Assembly (NCBI GenBank): GCA_002070025.1 | Contig: MWCL01000004.1 | Location: forward strand, 2,258-66,257 | Length of the DNA: 64,000 nucleotides | Source: Spirochaetes bacterium ADurb.Bin215 | Lineage (GTDB): Bacteria; Spirochaetota; Spirochaetia; Treponematales; Treponemataceae | Direction: 5' to 3' | Part shown: positions 1 through 9,489 of the stretch, piece after piece | Layout: every line of letters begins with the position of its first letter | Position numbering within the stretch: position 1 is the first letter of the stretch | Position numbers and translations under genes: made by a program | Notes under the pieces: generated by a model | The model's database searches: none | Told to the model about the DNA's origin: nothing | What the model saw: the letters and a program-made list of their open reading frames with translations, nothing else

Positions 1-909
1 ATACTTGCCGCGGGTTTCCTTGAGGAGCTCAAATCCGATCATGGGATGCGTTTTCATTACGGCCATTTCTTCTTCCGTAAGCGGTCCCGGTTTCTGCAAA
101 ATGGCATCCGGTATGGCTATCTTGCCGATATCGTGCAGGGGCGCGCCGTAGAGGAGTTTTCTTTGATCAGCAACGGTCTTGCCCAGGTAGGTGCCAAAAA
201 GCGCGGATACGCGACCGATCCGGCGTTGATGTTGACCGGTTTCCTCGTCACGGAAATCTGAAACCCGTCCAAGCACAGTAAGGGCTTCTTCTTCCCGTTG
301 AACGGCAATCTCGCGCGCTGACGCTTCATGGTGGATCATTTGCTCCAGCTGGGTATGTTCACTTGATACCTTTTCACCGAAAAAAACAACTCCGCCGATT
401 TCCGCGCCCGATTCAAATACAAACGCCGGCGAGGACCGGGGATCCGGCGCAACAGGCCCCGATGCGTCCTGTTTCCAGGAAAACAAATCGGATATTCCTG
501 CGTCTTCCGAATACCCCCTGGCCTCAGCTTCGCCAAATAATTCGGCCAGAGTCTCTCCTATCCTGATATCCAGCTGATGATCCAGCGGAGCCACAAGAAA
601 TTTCTCTGATAAAATTCGTTCGTTATTGGAATATAAAGTATAGAGTACTGATATTTCATCATTGTGCTGTGTATATCGGGTATGAAGGATGAAATCAGAA
701 CCACGCGCTTCCCGTGTACTGGAAAAACCGATTGAAGAAAGCGCAGTTCCGGCGGCAAGATACAGTATGTTTTCCGTTCGGGTTTCCGGTTCATCCGATT
801 CAAACCGGTGTGCAACCGATTCCGCATAAACGCCTATGGGGTACATGACAACAAGCGCCATTACCAGAATCGATTTATATATAGATGTAGACAATTTGGC
901 GCAACCCAT
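1..909 (-). CDS. HD-GYP domain phosphodiesterase-like protein; the 3' end runs off the window
   Basis: My own minus-strand translation from ATG 909-907 (this frame is not in the ORF track because it has no stop in the window). It gives MGCAKLSTSIYKSILVMALVVMYPIGVYA..., a hydrophobic N-terminus. Further on it reads ...DEETGQHQRRIGRVSALFGTYLG...LHDIGKIAIPDAILQKPGPLTEEEMAVMKTHPMIG, a typical HD-GYP core. Confidence 0.8.
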   Translation of the reverse strand, partial: MGCAKLSTSIYKSILVMALVVMYPIGVYAESVAHRFESDEPETRTENILYLAAGTALSSIGFSSTREARGSDFILHTRYTQHNDEISVLYTLYSNNERILSEKFLVAPLDHQLDIRIGETLAELFGEAEARGYSEDAGISDLFSWKQDASGPVAPDPRSSPAFVFESGAEIGGVVFFGEKVSSEHTQLEQMIHHEASAREIAVQREEEALTVLGRVSDFRDEETGQHQRRIGRVSALFGTYLGKTVADQRKLLYGAPLHDIGKIAIPDAILQKPGPLTEEEMAVMKTHPMIGFELLKETRGKY

Positions 910-995
910 ACGCCAAGTATATCCCGAAGATGGAATTTTTGTCGTACTTTCATGATTCAATACGGGTTTTTTTTTCAACAATTTTGATAGCAGTA

Positions 996-1024
996 TTGAC
1001 CTTCCCGTCAATTTTCTGTATTCT
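996..1024 (+). promoter_or_regulatory. Sigma-70-type promoter candidate for tRNA-Val
   Basis: TTGACC (996-1001), a 17-nt spacer, then TATTCT (1019-1024). This sits 12 nt upstream of the tRNA 5' end. Confidence 0.4.
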
Positions 1025-1036
1025 CATCTTCGTTAC

Positions 1037-1109
1037 GGGCGCTTAGCTCAGTTGGTAGAGCGTTTGGTTTACACCCAAAATGTCGGGAGTTCGAGCCTCT
1101 CAGCGCCCA
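1037..1109 (+). tRNA. tRNA-Val, anticodon TAC
   Basis: A 73-nt cloverleaf. Acceptor stem GGGCGCT/AGCGCCC, D arm GCTC-AGTTGGTA-GAGC, anticodon stem TTTGG/CCAAA with loop TTTACAC, T arm GGGAG-TTCGAGC-CTCTC, discriminator A. Confidence 0.9.
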
Positions 1110-1113
1110 TGAA

Positions 1114-1143
1114 AACGCAAGCTTTCAGCTTGCGTTTTTTTTT
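1114..1143 (+). terminator. Intrinsic terminator after tRNA-Val, abutting the stop of the convergent lipoprotein gene
   Basis: Perfect 10-bp stem AACGCAAGCT/AGCTTGCGTT with a 3-nt loop, followed by a run of 9 T. Confidence 0.65.
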
Positions 1144-1831
1144 ATTCTTCCAGGGTTATAAAACCGAGGTAAAAGAGCTCACTGTACAGCTGTTTGTATG
1201 ATTCATCGTAACCGTATGCAAGTACGTATGCCTGTACATACAATTGTTTGTTGTTTGTATCATTCCATGTACTCCAGGACACGTCGGAATCACCATCATT
1301 GATCTCTTCAAAGTCAAAAATCGCCGCGTCTGAATATATTCCGTCGTCCACATTCCTGCGTGGAACACCCAAATAGGTTGTATCAACATACATCGAAGGA
1401 ACTTCGTCAACATAAGGAACCAGACGCACGGTTACCTGACGGTTCGTTGTCGCACCGGTAATAAGCGGTGTTGAAGTACGTTCGGACGTCAACAGACGAC
1501 GGTAATTTTTGGTATTGATAATGTAGTTATAGGCAAGATAGGGGTTATCTTCATTGTACTGGTTTATCTGGGAACGGTCTGTTGCCGCAGTACCCGAATT
1601 ATTGTAAATACGGTAATAAATTTCAAAACCCTTGAAGTAATCTGCCGCGTCGTTATGATTCCTGGAATCAGAAGTCAGGAAGCTGAAGTAATTGAACAAC
1701 GGGTCCGGGGAAGGTACAAAATCACGATAGGTAACGGGGTGTAAATAAATGAATACATCCAGACCGCAGGAAAATATCAGCGCCAGCAATCCGGTAATCG
1801 CGGCCATTCTGACTGTACGTAGATACTTCAC
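1142..1831 (-). CDS. Putative lipoprotein of unknown function
   Basis: GTG start gives MKYLRTVRMAAITGLLALIFSCG: a positively charged n-region, a hydrophobic core and a Cys in a relaxed lipobox. The start overlaps the cyclase stop by 4 nt. I recognise no family. Confidence 0.6.
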   Translation of the reverse strand: MKYLRTVRMAAITGLLALIFSCGLDVFIYLHPVTYRDFVPSPDPLFNYFSFLTSDSRNHNDAADYFKGFEIYYRIYNNSGTAATDRSQINQYNEDNPYLAYNYIINTKNYRRLLTSERTSTPLITGATTNRQVTVRLVPYVDEVPSMYVDTTYLGVPRRNVDDGIYSDAAIFDFEEINDGDSDVSWSTWNDTNNKQLYVQAYVLAYGYDESYKQLYSELFYLGFITLEE

Positions 1832-4101
1832 GCCCGTTCATCCACCAGTTCATATATAACCACCGGTCGGTTTTTTCCCTTTACCCGGATGGTATCAAGT
1901 TCCCGGAAAATAAATTCATCCTTTACCTGAGCATAGGTATACTCGCTCACGATAATCATTGTTCCGTAAACCTTGTTTGTTCCTTCGAGACGGGCACCGA
2001 GATTGACATTGTCCCCCATGAGCGTGTAATTCATGCGTCCGGCAGAACCCATGTTTCCGACAGTCATGATTCCGGTGTTTATTCCGATACCGATCGCGAG
2101 CCGCCGTTCTTCCGGCCATGCCGCGTTAAGTTCCGCAAGCCGCTTTCTCTGCAGTAGCGCACATTGGCAAGCCCGACGGGCGTGATCGGGAACATCGAGC
2201 GGGGCTCCCCAGAAACACATGATCTCATCGCCCACATACTTGTCCAGCGTTCCGCCCGTGTCAAGAATTATGTCGGTCATGGCGGAAAGATATTCATTTA
2301 GATGTTTTACCAGTTCCTGGGGGGTAAGTGTTTCCGAAAGACTGGTAAATCCGCGAATGTCGGAGAAAAAAACCGTCAATTCACGATCAATTCCGCCAAG
2401 CTCGGGCGGGTTGTCCATCATCTGGGATACAACTTCCGGACTTACATACTTGCCGAACATGGAACGTATTCTTCTCTTTTCCCGTTCTTCCGTACTCGAC
2501 CGGTACAAAATGATGGTGACATATGAGAAGACCATGCCGGCAAACGGAACGGTGTAATTTATCAGAATCTGATTATTGTCAAAAATGAATGAACAAGTGA
2601 AAAAAAGCGAGAGAGCAAATACCAGCGACACTGGCAGGGACAGAAGATTCTTCATTCGTGCGGCGAGGAACGCCACCAACATGGTCGCGAAAAAAACAAT
2701 GAGAATGTTCGCAAACAGCGGCAGATGGCGAATGAACGATCCGGTAAGCAGGGTATTCAGGGAATTCGCGTGAATTTCAATACCGTACATGAGTCCGTAG
2801 GGAGTCTGTTTTTCATCGTCCGCCATACCCTTCTCGAATGCGCCAACCATGACTACCTTGTTTTTCAGCGCACGGGTTTTCGGCCAGGTATCCGGGTCAT
2901 CACCGGTTTCCCGGACATAGCCCGCATAGGGCCGCACCGGAAAGGTCTTGTATCCATCAGAAGCGATGGAAGATGCCATTCCCGCGAAGTTGATTATCAT
3001 GGTGCATTGCTCATCAACGGGTATGGACAGGAGGGTTCCGTCTCCATGACGGACATCAATCCGGTCTCCCGGGTATATTTCGCAATCAGCGGGAGTAACG
3101 TTCCAGTAATCCAGCGCAAGAGAAAATGTTATGGAGGGGAAAAAATAATCCTGATAATGCTCAAGAATCAACAGTTCCTGATCGGGGGCGCCATCTCCGT
3201 CCGTATCAACGGCATACGGCGGGGCGCTTTTTTCCATTTCTGAACGAAGACGAGCTTTCCCCTCGGTATCAAGCGGGAAATGGACGGTGTATTCACGGCC
3301 TTCCGTGTCGAACCAGCCAATTCGTTCATAATTGCCGGAATCGGGGACAAACCCTCCCTCGATATCTTCAAGGGTAAGATCACCCAAAAATCGCGAGTAT
3401 TTGAAAACGAGCGGCTGTCGGCGAACTTTGTCGCCCCAGGAATCGGTAACGACATTTGCTGTTCCGTATCCTTTCACTGTCGCATTCATTGCAGGAAGAT
3501 TTGTCTGCAGTCCGTAATGAGCGTGCATATCTTCCCAACCGCAACCAACACGGGCAAACGGAGGTGTCTTTCGCAAGAGCAATTCTTGCCGCCAGAACAT
3601 TTCTTCATCGAGCAATTCACCGTATCCGGAGTAATTTACGATCGTTTCAAGAAAAACCCTTCCCGATTCCGAGATGCTTTTTGCGAGCATCCGGTCGTCA
3701 TCGGGATTTGTTGAAGGATCTATGAAAAATATGTCGAGAAACAGGGACTTCTCCCGTTCTGACTGATCGCTGATGCGGGAAATGGAACGGACAAGCTCCG
3801 CGTGTCTGGCGCGCGGAAATGGCCATGACCCGAATTGCTGTATCGTTTTAAGATCAATACCAAGTATGAGAATGTCGGGATGAATATCGGGATTCGGTTC
3901 ATTTTTCCACACACCTTTTTGAACCGCCCGTCCGGTATCAAAATTCTTGAAGGCAAAATAGGTATCAAGAAGACGACCTTCAAGAGAATCAAAGAACAGG
4001 GTGGAAAAACCGATGAGAGAAAAAATGAGGGAAAACGCGAGACCGATGACCAATCCAAAATTTCTCGTCTTTAAAAGAGTACGAAATCTGTTCATGGTCA
4101 C
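1828..4101 (-). CDS. CHASE2 sensor domain-containing class III adenylate cyclase
   Basis: N-terminal TM segment, then a ~350-aa extracytoplasmic region with ILILGIDLKTIQQFGSWPFPRARHAELV (CHASE2-like), then a TM cluster. The C-terminal cyclase domain reads FFSDIRGFTSLSE...LDKYVGDEIMCFWGAP...NYTLMGDNVNLGARLE. Confidence 0.85.
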   Translation of the reverse strand: MTMNRFRTLLKTRNFGLVIGLAFSLIFSLIGFSTLFFDSLEGRLLDTYFAFKNFDTGRAVQKGVWKNEPNPDIHPDILILGIDLKTIQQFGSWPFPRARHAELVRSISRISDQSEREKSLFLDIFFIDPSTNPDDDRMLAKSISESGRVFLETIVNYSGYGELLDEEMFWRQELLLRKTPPFARVGCGWEDMHAHYGLQTNLPAMNATVKGYGTANVVTDSWGDKVRRQPLVFKYSRFLGDLTLEDIEGGFVPDSGNYERIGWFDTEGREYTVHFPLDTEGKARLRSEMEKSAPPYAVDTDGDGAPDQELLILEHYQDYFFPSITFSLALDYWNVTPADCEIYPGDRIDVRHGDGTLLSIPVDEQCTMIINFAGMASSIASDGYKTFPVRPYAGYVRETGDDPDTWPKTRALKNKVVMVGAFEKGMADDEKQTPYGLMYGIEIHANSLNTLLTGSFIRHLPLFANILIVFFATMLVAFLAARMKNLLSLPVSLVFALSLFFTCSFIFDNNQILINYTVPFAGMVFSYVTIILYRSSTEEREKRRIRSMFGKYVSPEVVSQMMDNPPELGGIDRELTVFFSDIRGFTSLSETLTPQELVKHLNEYLSAMTDIILDTGGTLDKYVGDEIMCFWGAPLDVPDHARRACQCALLQRKRLAELNAAWPEERRLAIGIGINTGIMTVGNMGSAGRMNYTLMGDNVNLGARLEGTNKVYGTMIIVSEYTYAQVKDEFIFRELDTIRVKGKNRPVVIYELVDERA

Positions 4102-4118
4102 CTCCCCCGTTTCACGGT

Positions 4119-4808
4119 TTATTGTATCTCCAGGGAAAGAATGCGGGATTTCGCAAGCAGCGCCCAGGTATCCTCGGGATATTCTTCGGCGAGTTTCTCA
4201 TAGGACGTAATTGCGAGGTCCCGATTGCCACGCTGTTCCTCGATACGGCCAATATTGAAAAGCGCCCGGCTCTTCTGGCTGAATGACTCATGTGCGTAGG
4301 CTTTGTTGTATTGGTCAATTGCAGCATCCATCTCGCCGAGTTCTTCGGAGCAGACTGCCGCATTGTAGTAAGCCACCGCGGCGGTATAGATGTCTTCTTC
4401 AGCCTTGATACAGTCAAGATAGTGCTCCCGCGCGTTTTTCCAGTCTTCCCGTCCGTAATAAATCTCGGCGGCTACCAAATTGGCGCGTGCTCCGGATGAA
4501 AGGCGCTTGTTGCGTGCTGCGATAACGGAAATTTCTTCAAGCAGCCGGTCTTCCGATTCGGTGAGGGTCTGGCCTTCTTCTTCCGTTTTTGCCTTTTCCC
4601 AGTCTTCCATGAGCGATTCGATCCGCGCTGTCGCGGTGGTATTTTTACGTTCAACGACGATAAAATACACTACAATCGCAATGAGTATGGCTGAAAGAAC
4701 CGCAATCACTGAAAGAATGATCTTCCGGTTTTTCATCAGGAATTCGCTTATGATGACGGAAATCGGCTTTTTTTCATCTTTGTTTTTTTGCACAACATTG
4801 GTTGCCAT
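4119..4808 (-). CDS. Membrane-anchored tetratricopeptide-repeat protein
   Basis: One TM segment (ILSVIAVLSAILIAIVVYFIV) followed by TPR-like repeats (ANLVAAEIYYGREDWKNAREHYLD..., ALFNIGRIEEQRGNRDLAITSYEKL). Confidence 0.6.
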   Translation of the reverse strand: MATNVVQKNKDEKKPISVIISEFLMKNRKIILSVIAVLSAILIAIVVYFIVVERKNTTATARIESLMEDWEKAKTEEEGQTLTESEDRLLEEISVIAARNKRLSSGARANLVAAEIYYGREDWKNAREHYLDCIKAEEDIYTAAVAYYNAAVCSEELGEMDAAIDQYNKAYAHESFSQKSRALFNIGRIEEQRGNRDLAITSYEKLAEEYPEDTWALLAKSRILSLEIQ

Positions 4809-4812
4809 GGCG

Positions 4813-6330
4813 TTATTTCTCCTTGATTTCTAGTTCTTTGATTAATCGAGACAAGTATGTTCTCTGAATATCGAGTACCTGTGCCGCAAGTGTCTGGTTC
4901 CAGTCGTTTTCTTCCAGAACTTTCTGCAAATAATGCTTCTTGAACAGATTCAGCACGTTCTTCAGGCTCTTGTCCGCAATAGTAGTATTATCAGGCATTG
5001 TCCTTATGTTCAAGAGGAGATCATCTTCCTGGACATAGGGAGGAGATCCGATTACGCATGCTCGTTCAACCGTATTCTCCAGCTCGCGGATATTTCCCGG
5101 CCATGAATAAGAAAGGATTGCGCTCATGGCTCCTTCGGAAAAACCTGAAAAATCCTTCTTTGTTTCGTGGGAAAATTTCTTCAGAAAAAAGCTTGCGAGT
5201 TCCGGTATGTCCTCCAAACGCTGTTTTAGCGGCGGGATATACAGGGGCAGAACGTTGAGACGGTAGTAAAGATCCGATCGGAAGCTCTGTTGTTCAACCA
5301 GTTTTTCAATATCCCGGTTTGTTGCCGCAATTATGCGCACATTCACCGAAATGGTCTCGCTTGAACCAACCTTCTCGAAAGACTTGCTCTGGATAACCCG
5401 CAGGAGTTTTGACTGGAGCGACAAGGGAAGATCCCCAATCTCGTCAAGAAAGATGGTTCCCTTGTCCGCCATTTCAAAGCGGCCCTTTCGGTTGGTTACC
5501 GCGTCGGTAAATGCGCCTTTCACATGACCGAAAAGTTCACTTTCAAGAAGACCTTCGGGAAGGGCCGCGCAGTTAACCCGGATAAACGGTCCCCCGGAAC
5601 GGTCGCTCTTGAGATGGAGCTGTTCGGCAAAAAGCTCCTTGCCGACACCGCTCTCACCGAGGATGAGCACCGAAGAATCGGATTTCGCTACCCGGTTGAT
5701 TATATCCAGCTTTTCAAGAATGACCGGACTCTTGGCAATGAGGGTATGAAAACCACGATCGGTTGTAATCTGATCCTGTAGAACCACAATTTCATTTTGG
5801 GATTTTTGCAGATACAGCGCGTTCTGATAGGCTATGGCGGCCTGATTGGCCATAATTTCGAGCACTTCAAGATCGGCGTTGGTAAACCCGGGGCCACGAT
5901 CCTTGTTGAGGATCTCTATAACACCGATACACTCATCCCGAATCCGCATCGGAACTGCGAGCATGTTCTGGGTTTTGTAACCGGTGGACTGTTGTACTGC
6001 GGGGGAAAACCGCGGATCGTTCGCGACATCGTTTACGATGAGACTCCGATTATTTTTTACTACCCAGCCGGCTATTCCCTCGTCCATCTTGACTACGAAC
6101 TTTTTCGCTTCAAGTCCCTTTGGACCGAGCGCAATCTCGAACCGGAGCGTACGGGTTTTTTGATCCACAAGGAGCAGTGACGACGCGTCTCCGGAAACAA
6201 GACGCATTGCCGACTCGAGGATGTGAGCCAGCAATGCGCTTATATTTGAGTAATTGGAATTGATCAGTATGTTGTTTTCTATGAGGGCATTGAGTTTATC
6301 TTTGTCTATCGCGTCCGATAATTTCATCAA
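4813..6330 (-). CDS. Sigma-54-dependent (bacterial enhancer-binding protein, bEBP) transcriptional activator with N-terminal GAF domain and C-terminal Fis-type HTH
   Basis: GAF-like N-terminus. AAA+ core with Walker A GESGVGKE, ESELFGHVKGAFTDA (a GAFTGA-loop variant), Walker B IFLDEIGD, and WPGNIRELEN. C-terminal HTH reads LAAQVLDIQRTYLSRLIKEL. Confidence 0.85.
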   Translation of the reverse strand: MMKLSDAIDKDKLNALIENNILINSNYSNISALLAHILESAMRLVSGDASSLLLVDQKTRTLRFEIALGPKGLEAKKFVVKMDEGIAGWVVKNNRSLIVNDVANDPRFSPAVQQSTGYKTQNMLAVPMRIRDECIGVIEILNKDRGPGFTNADLEVLEIMANQAAIAYQNALYLQKSQNEIVVLQDQITTDRGFHTLIAKSPVILEKLDIINRVAKSDSSVLILGESGVGKELFAEQLHLKSDRSGGPFIRVNCAALPEGLLESELFGHVKGAFTDAVTNRKGRFEMADKGTIFLDEIGDLPLSLQSKLLRVIQSKSFEKVGSSETISVNVRIIAATNRDIEKLVEQQSFRSDLYYRLNVLPLYIPPLKQRLEDIPELASFFLKKFSHETKKDFSGFSEGAMSAILSYSWPGNIRELENTVERACVIGSPPYVQEDDLLLNIRTMPDNTTIADKSLKNVLNLFKKHYLQKVLEENDWNQTLAAQVLDIQRTYLSRLIKELEIKEK

Positions 6331-6350
6331 AACCGCTCATTTACACCGGA

Positions 6351-8078
6351 TCAGTTTGTCTTGTTCTTCAGAAGGTCTCCAAGGGTGTAGGCACCGTCGG
6401 TTTGTTCTTCGGTGGAAGACATGTACCGGGAAATCTCCTCACGCTGTACCTTTTTCTTGTAATCCTTGATGGAAAAGGCAACCTTTTGGCGTTCGGGGCT
6501 TACGTCCACAACGATGGCTTTGATCTTGTCGCCAACAGTGTATTTTTTCACCACTTCTTCAAAGGTGTCTTCGCGGCTTTCAAGAAGATTCTGCTTGTTT
6601 ATAAGCCCTTCAATACCGCCTTCCACTTTCAGGAATACGCCGAAATCGGTGATGGAGGTAATTTCGCCCTCAACACTGGTTCCCGGTTCATGGGTATCGG
6701 CAAACTGTTTCCAGGGATCATCGGAAAGCTGCTTGACACCAAGGCGGATACGGTGGGTTTCCGGATCGGACTCGATAACCACAACTTCAATTTCCTGGTC
6801 AACGGTGAGCTCGCTTGAAGGATTGCGTACCTTCTTGGTCCATGAAAGATCGTCAGCATGGAGGAATCCGTCGATGCCTTCTTCAAGTTCTACAAAGGCG
6901 CCGGCGTTGGTAACCTTGACCACCTTGCGGGTAAGCTTTGTTCCAACCGGATATTTCTGTGCGATGTCTTCCCAGGGGTTTTCGGTAACCTGTTTGAGAC
7001 CGAGCGAAACACGACCTGCCTGGATATCGTATCCGAGGATCATGCATTCAACATCGTCGCCGATATTGACCATGTCTTCGGGCTTGTTGATCTTCTTTAC
7101 CCAGCTGAATTCGCTGATATGCGCAAGACCTTCAATTCCCTCTTCAAGTTCGATAAAGGCACCGAACTCGGTAAGTTTCGTTACCTTGCCCTTTACGATG
7201 TCGTTTACGTGGAAATTGTCTTCAAAATGAAGCCAGGGATCCTCGGTAAAGTGCTTGAGGGAAAGATTGATGCGTTTTTCTTCCGGATCGAGACGGATCA
7301 CCTTGAGGGTAATCTCCTGTCCCTTTTTGACAAAATCCTTGGGACGGGTTACGTGTCCCCAGCTCATGTCATTGATGTGAAGAAGTCCGTCGAAACCGCC
7401 AAGGTCGATAAACGCGCCAAAGCTGGTGAAGCTCTTGACCACACCTTCTACGGAATCGCCGATCTGCACCTCGTTGAAGAATTTCTCGCGGTTTACTTCG
7501 GTCTGTTCTTCGAGATACTTGCGGCGGTTTACCACCACATTGACCTTGTTGTCCGAATAGAGCCGTTCTACATAGAAATGACTCTTGAGGCCAACGAGCT
7601 TCTCGGGTTTTTCCACTTTCTGGCTGTCTGACTGGCTGATGGGGAGAAAAGCCCGCACACCGGCACCGAGACACACCTCGTATCCGCCCTTGATAACCTT
7701 TTCAACAGTTCCTTCAACGGCAGCTTTATCCTGAAATGCCTGACGGAGGTTTTTCCAGAAAACCTTTACGTCGGCCTTTTGTTTGGAAACAATAACTTCG
7801 CCGTGCCTGTTTTCTTTCTTTTCAAGCACAACACTGACGGTATCGCCCACGGCGGGCAACTCATCGAATTCCGCTACCGGAATCTTTCCTTCTGACTTAT
7901 ATCCCACGTCCACAAAAACCTGATCCGGCGTTACCTGAATAACAATACCGTCTACAAGCTGGCCTTCTTCAAGCGACTGGAAAGACTTGAGATACTCTTC
8001 CTGTAATCGTGTCTGCTGGATGTTCTCTTCAGTATTTTTCGATTCATCCTTTGCCACGTCCATCTGATCCATACACAA
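6351..8078 (-). CDS. rpsA: 30S ribosomal protein S1
   Basis: Six S1-motif repeats of the form G.VV.G.V...T.FGAF(V/I)(D/E)L..G..GL(L/A)HIS. Confidence 0.9.
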   Translation of the reverse strand: MCMDQMDVAKDESKNTEENIQQTRLQEEYLKSFQSLEEGQLVDGIVIQVTPDQVFVDVGYKSEGKIPVAEFDELPAVGDTVSVVLEKKENRHGEVIVSKQKADVKVFWKNLRQAFQDKAAVEGTVEKVIKGGYEVCLGAGVRAFLPISQSDSQKVEKPEKLVGLKSHFYVERLYSDNKVNVVVNRRKYLEEQTEVNREKFFNEVQIGDSVEGVVKSFTSFGAFIDLGGFDGLLHINDMSWGHVTRPKDFVKKGQEITLKVIRLDPEEKRINLSLKHFTEDPWLHFEDNFHVNDIVKGKVTKLTEFGAFIELEEGIEGLAHISEFSWVKKINKPEDMVNIGDDVECMILGYDIQAGRVSLGLKQVTENPWEDIAQKYPVGTKLTRKVVKVTNAGAFVELEEGIDGFLHADDLSWTKKVRNPSSELTVDQEIEVVVIESDPETHRIRLGVKQLSDDPWKQFADTHEPGTSVEGEITSITDFGVFLKVEGGIEGLINKQNLLESREDTFEEVVKKYTVGDKIKAIVVDVSPERQKVAFSIKDYKKKVQREEISRYMSSTEEQTDGAYTLGDLLKNKTN

Positions 8079-8081
8079 CCC

Positions 8082-8747
8082 TTATAAGTGAATTTTGCTT
8101 ATTATCATGTCACAAACATCTTTTATGGTCAAGTGTGATGTATCTATATAGACGGCGTCTTCGGCAATTTTAAGGCTTCCTTCCTTCTTGTTCCGGTCAA
8201 TCTCGTCCCGCTCACGTATTGATTGTTCGATTTCGGCAAGAGAAAGACTGCTGGTTCCCTGTTCATACCGCCGTTTTGCCCGTTCTTCCGCGGATGCGTC
8301 GAGGAAAAACTTGTAATCGGCATGGGGAAAGACGACGGTTGTCATGTCGCGGCCTTCGCACACGATATTCTGGCCTTCTGCGGCCTTGCGGATTTTCTCG
8401 TTCATGGCATGTCGAACCGGCACTATGCCGGACAGAGGCGCGACAAGAGCTTCAACCGCGTCCGAGCGGAGCAATACGTCAACATCTTCGTCACCGATAT
8501 AGAGCCGTCCTTCCCGATAATCGAGCGGTACGCTCCGGGCAAAAGCGGTCATGGCCGCCTCGTCGTCCAGACCGTTATGTACGGCATCGGAGCCGTCCTT
8601 GCCGCCGCCATGCGCGCGGAGGTACGCGAGGGTTACCCCGCGGTAAAAACTGCCGGTGTTCATGAAGACAAAACCGAGTGTATCGGCAAGATAGCGTGCT
8701 ATGGTGCTTTTTCCCGATCCCGCAGGACCGTCAATCGCGATTATCAT
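8082..8747 (-). CDS. cmk: Cytidylate kinase
   Basis: MIIAIDGPAGSGKSTIARYLADTLGFVFMNTGSFYR. I chose the internal ATG (8747) over the ORF-track start (8816), which adds 23 non-homologous residues. Confidence 0.85.
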   Translation of the reverse strand: MIIAIDGPAGSGKSTIARYLADTLGFVFMNTGSFYRGVTLAYLRAHGGGKDGSDAVHNGLDDEAAMTAFARSVPLDYREGRLYIGDEDVDVLLRSDAVEALVAPLSGIVPVRHAMNEKIRKAAEGQNIVCEGRDMTTVVFPHADYKFFLDASAEERAKRRYEQGTSSLSLAEIEQSIRERDEIDRNKKEGSLKIAEDAVYIDTSHLTIKDVCDMIISKIHL

Positions 8748-9489
8748 GATGTTTCTCCTCACCGAGCAAGGAAGCCACTTCCTCCCGCCCAAGTTCCCGT
8801 GATTCTCCGTAGGCAAGGCCGTCGATGGTAACTGTTCCGATCCTGGTTCTGATCAGGTTCTTTACCCGTATCGAAAAATGCTCGAGAACACGCCGGATCT
8901 CGCGGTTTTTTCCTTCTATGAGCGTTATGGACATGCGGCGGGACGAAAGACGTACGGCGTCCCGACAGCGGTAATACACGTTGTCTATGCGTATTCCCTT
9001 CCTGAAGGCTTCGATCACGTCGTCACGGAACGGCATGCTCGCCTCTACAATGTACTGTTTTTCAATTTCCGACGAGGGATGTCCCACCTTTGCCGCGAAT
9101 TCCCCGTCATTAGTAAAGAGAATTGCTCCGCTCGAGTACATGTCGAGCCGTCCCACGTTGTACAGACGTTCCGGATATTTTTCCGCGAGAAGATCCGCCG
9201 CAACCGGCCGGCCTTTCTCGTCGGACAGGGAACATACATATCCCGACGGTTTGTTGAGAAGGACATATCGTTTTGTTTTTTCCGGTTCGACCGGAACTCC
9301 GTCCACGCAGATGCGGTCTGTTTCGAGAACCCGTGTACCAAGCGTATCAACTACGGTACCGTTTACCGAAACCCGGCCATCCAGAATGATTTTTTCGCTT
9401 GCCCGGCGCGACGCGACACCAGCGCGCGCGAGATAGAGCTGCAGGCGGACGCCTTCCGGCATATTATCGGGAGAGTTCGAATCGTTCAC
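8731..9489 (-). CDS. rluB: 23S rRNA pseudouridine synthase, RluB/RsuA family
   Basis: S4 domain (RLQLYLARAGVASRRASEKIILDGRVSVNG) plus the catalytic motif VGRLDMYSSGAILFTNDG. Confidence 0.8.
   Translation of the reverse strand: MNDSNSPDNMPEGVRLQLYLARAGVASRRASEKIILDGRVSVNGTVVDTLGTRVLETDRICVDGVPVEPEKTKRYVLLNKPSGYVCSLSDEKGRPVAADLLAEKYPERLYNVGRLDMYSSGAILFTNDGEFAAKVGHPSSEIEKQYIVEASMPFRDDVIEAFRKGIRIDNVYYRCRDAVRLSSRRMSITLIEGKNREIRRVLEHFSIRVKNLIRTRIGTVTIDGLAYGESRELGREEVASLLGEEKHHDNRD

Noticed and set aside
1-909. A possibly periplasmic HD-GYP enzyme: an N-terminal signal-like segment followed by the catalytic domain.
   Set aside because: A second moderately hydrophobic segment (ILYLAAGTALSSIGF) about 25 residues after the first is compatible with a two-TM hairpin that returns the chain to the cytoplasm. 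The gene is also truncated by the window edge, so nothing unusual can be claimed.
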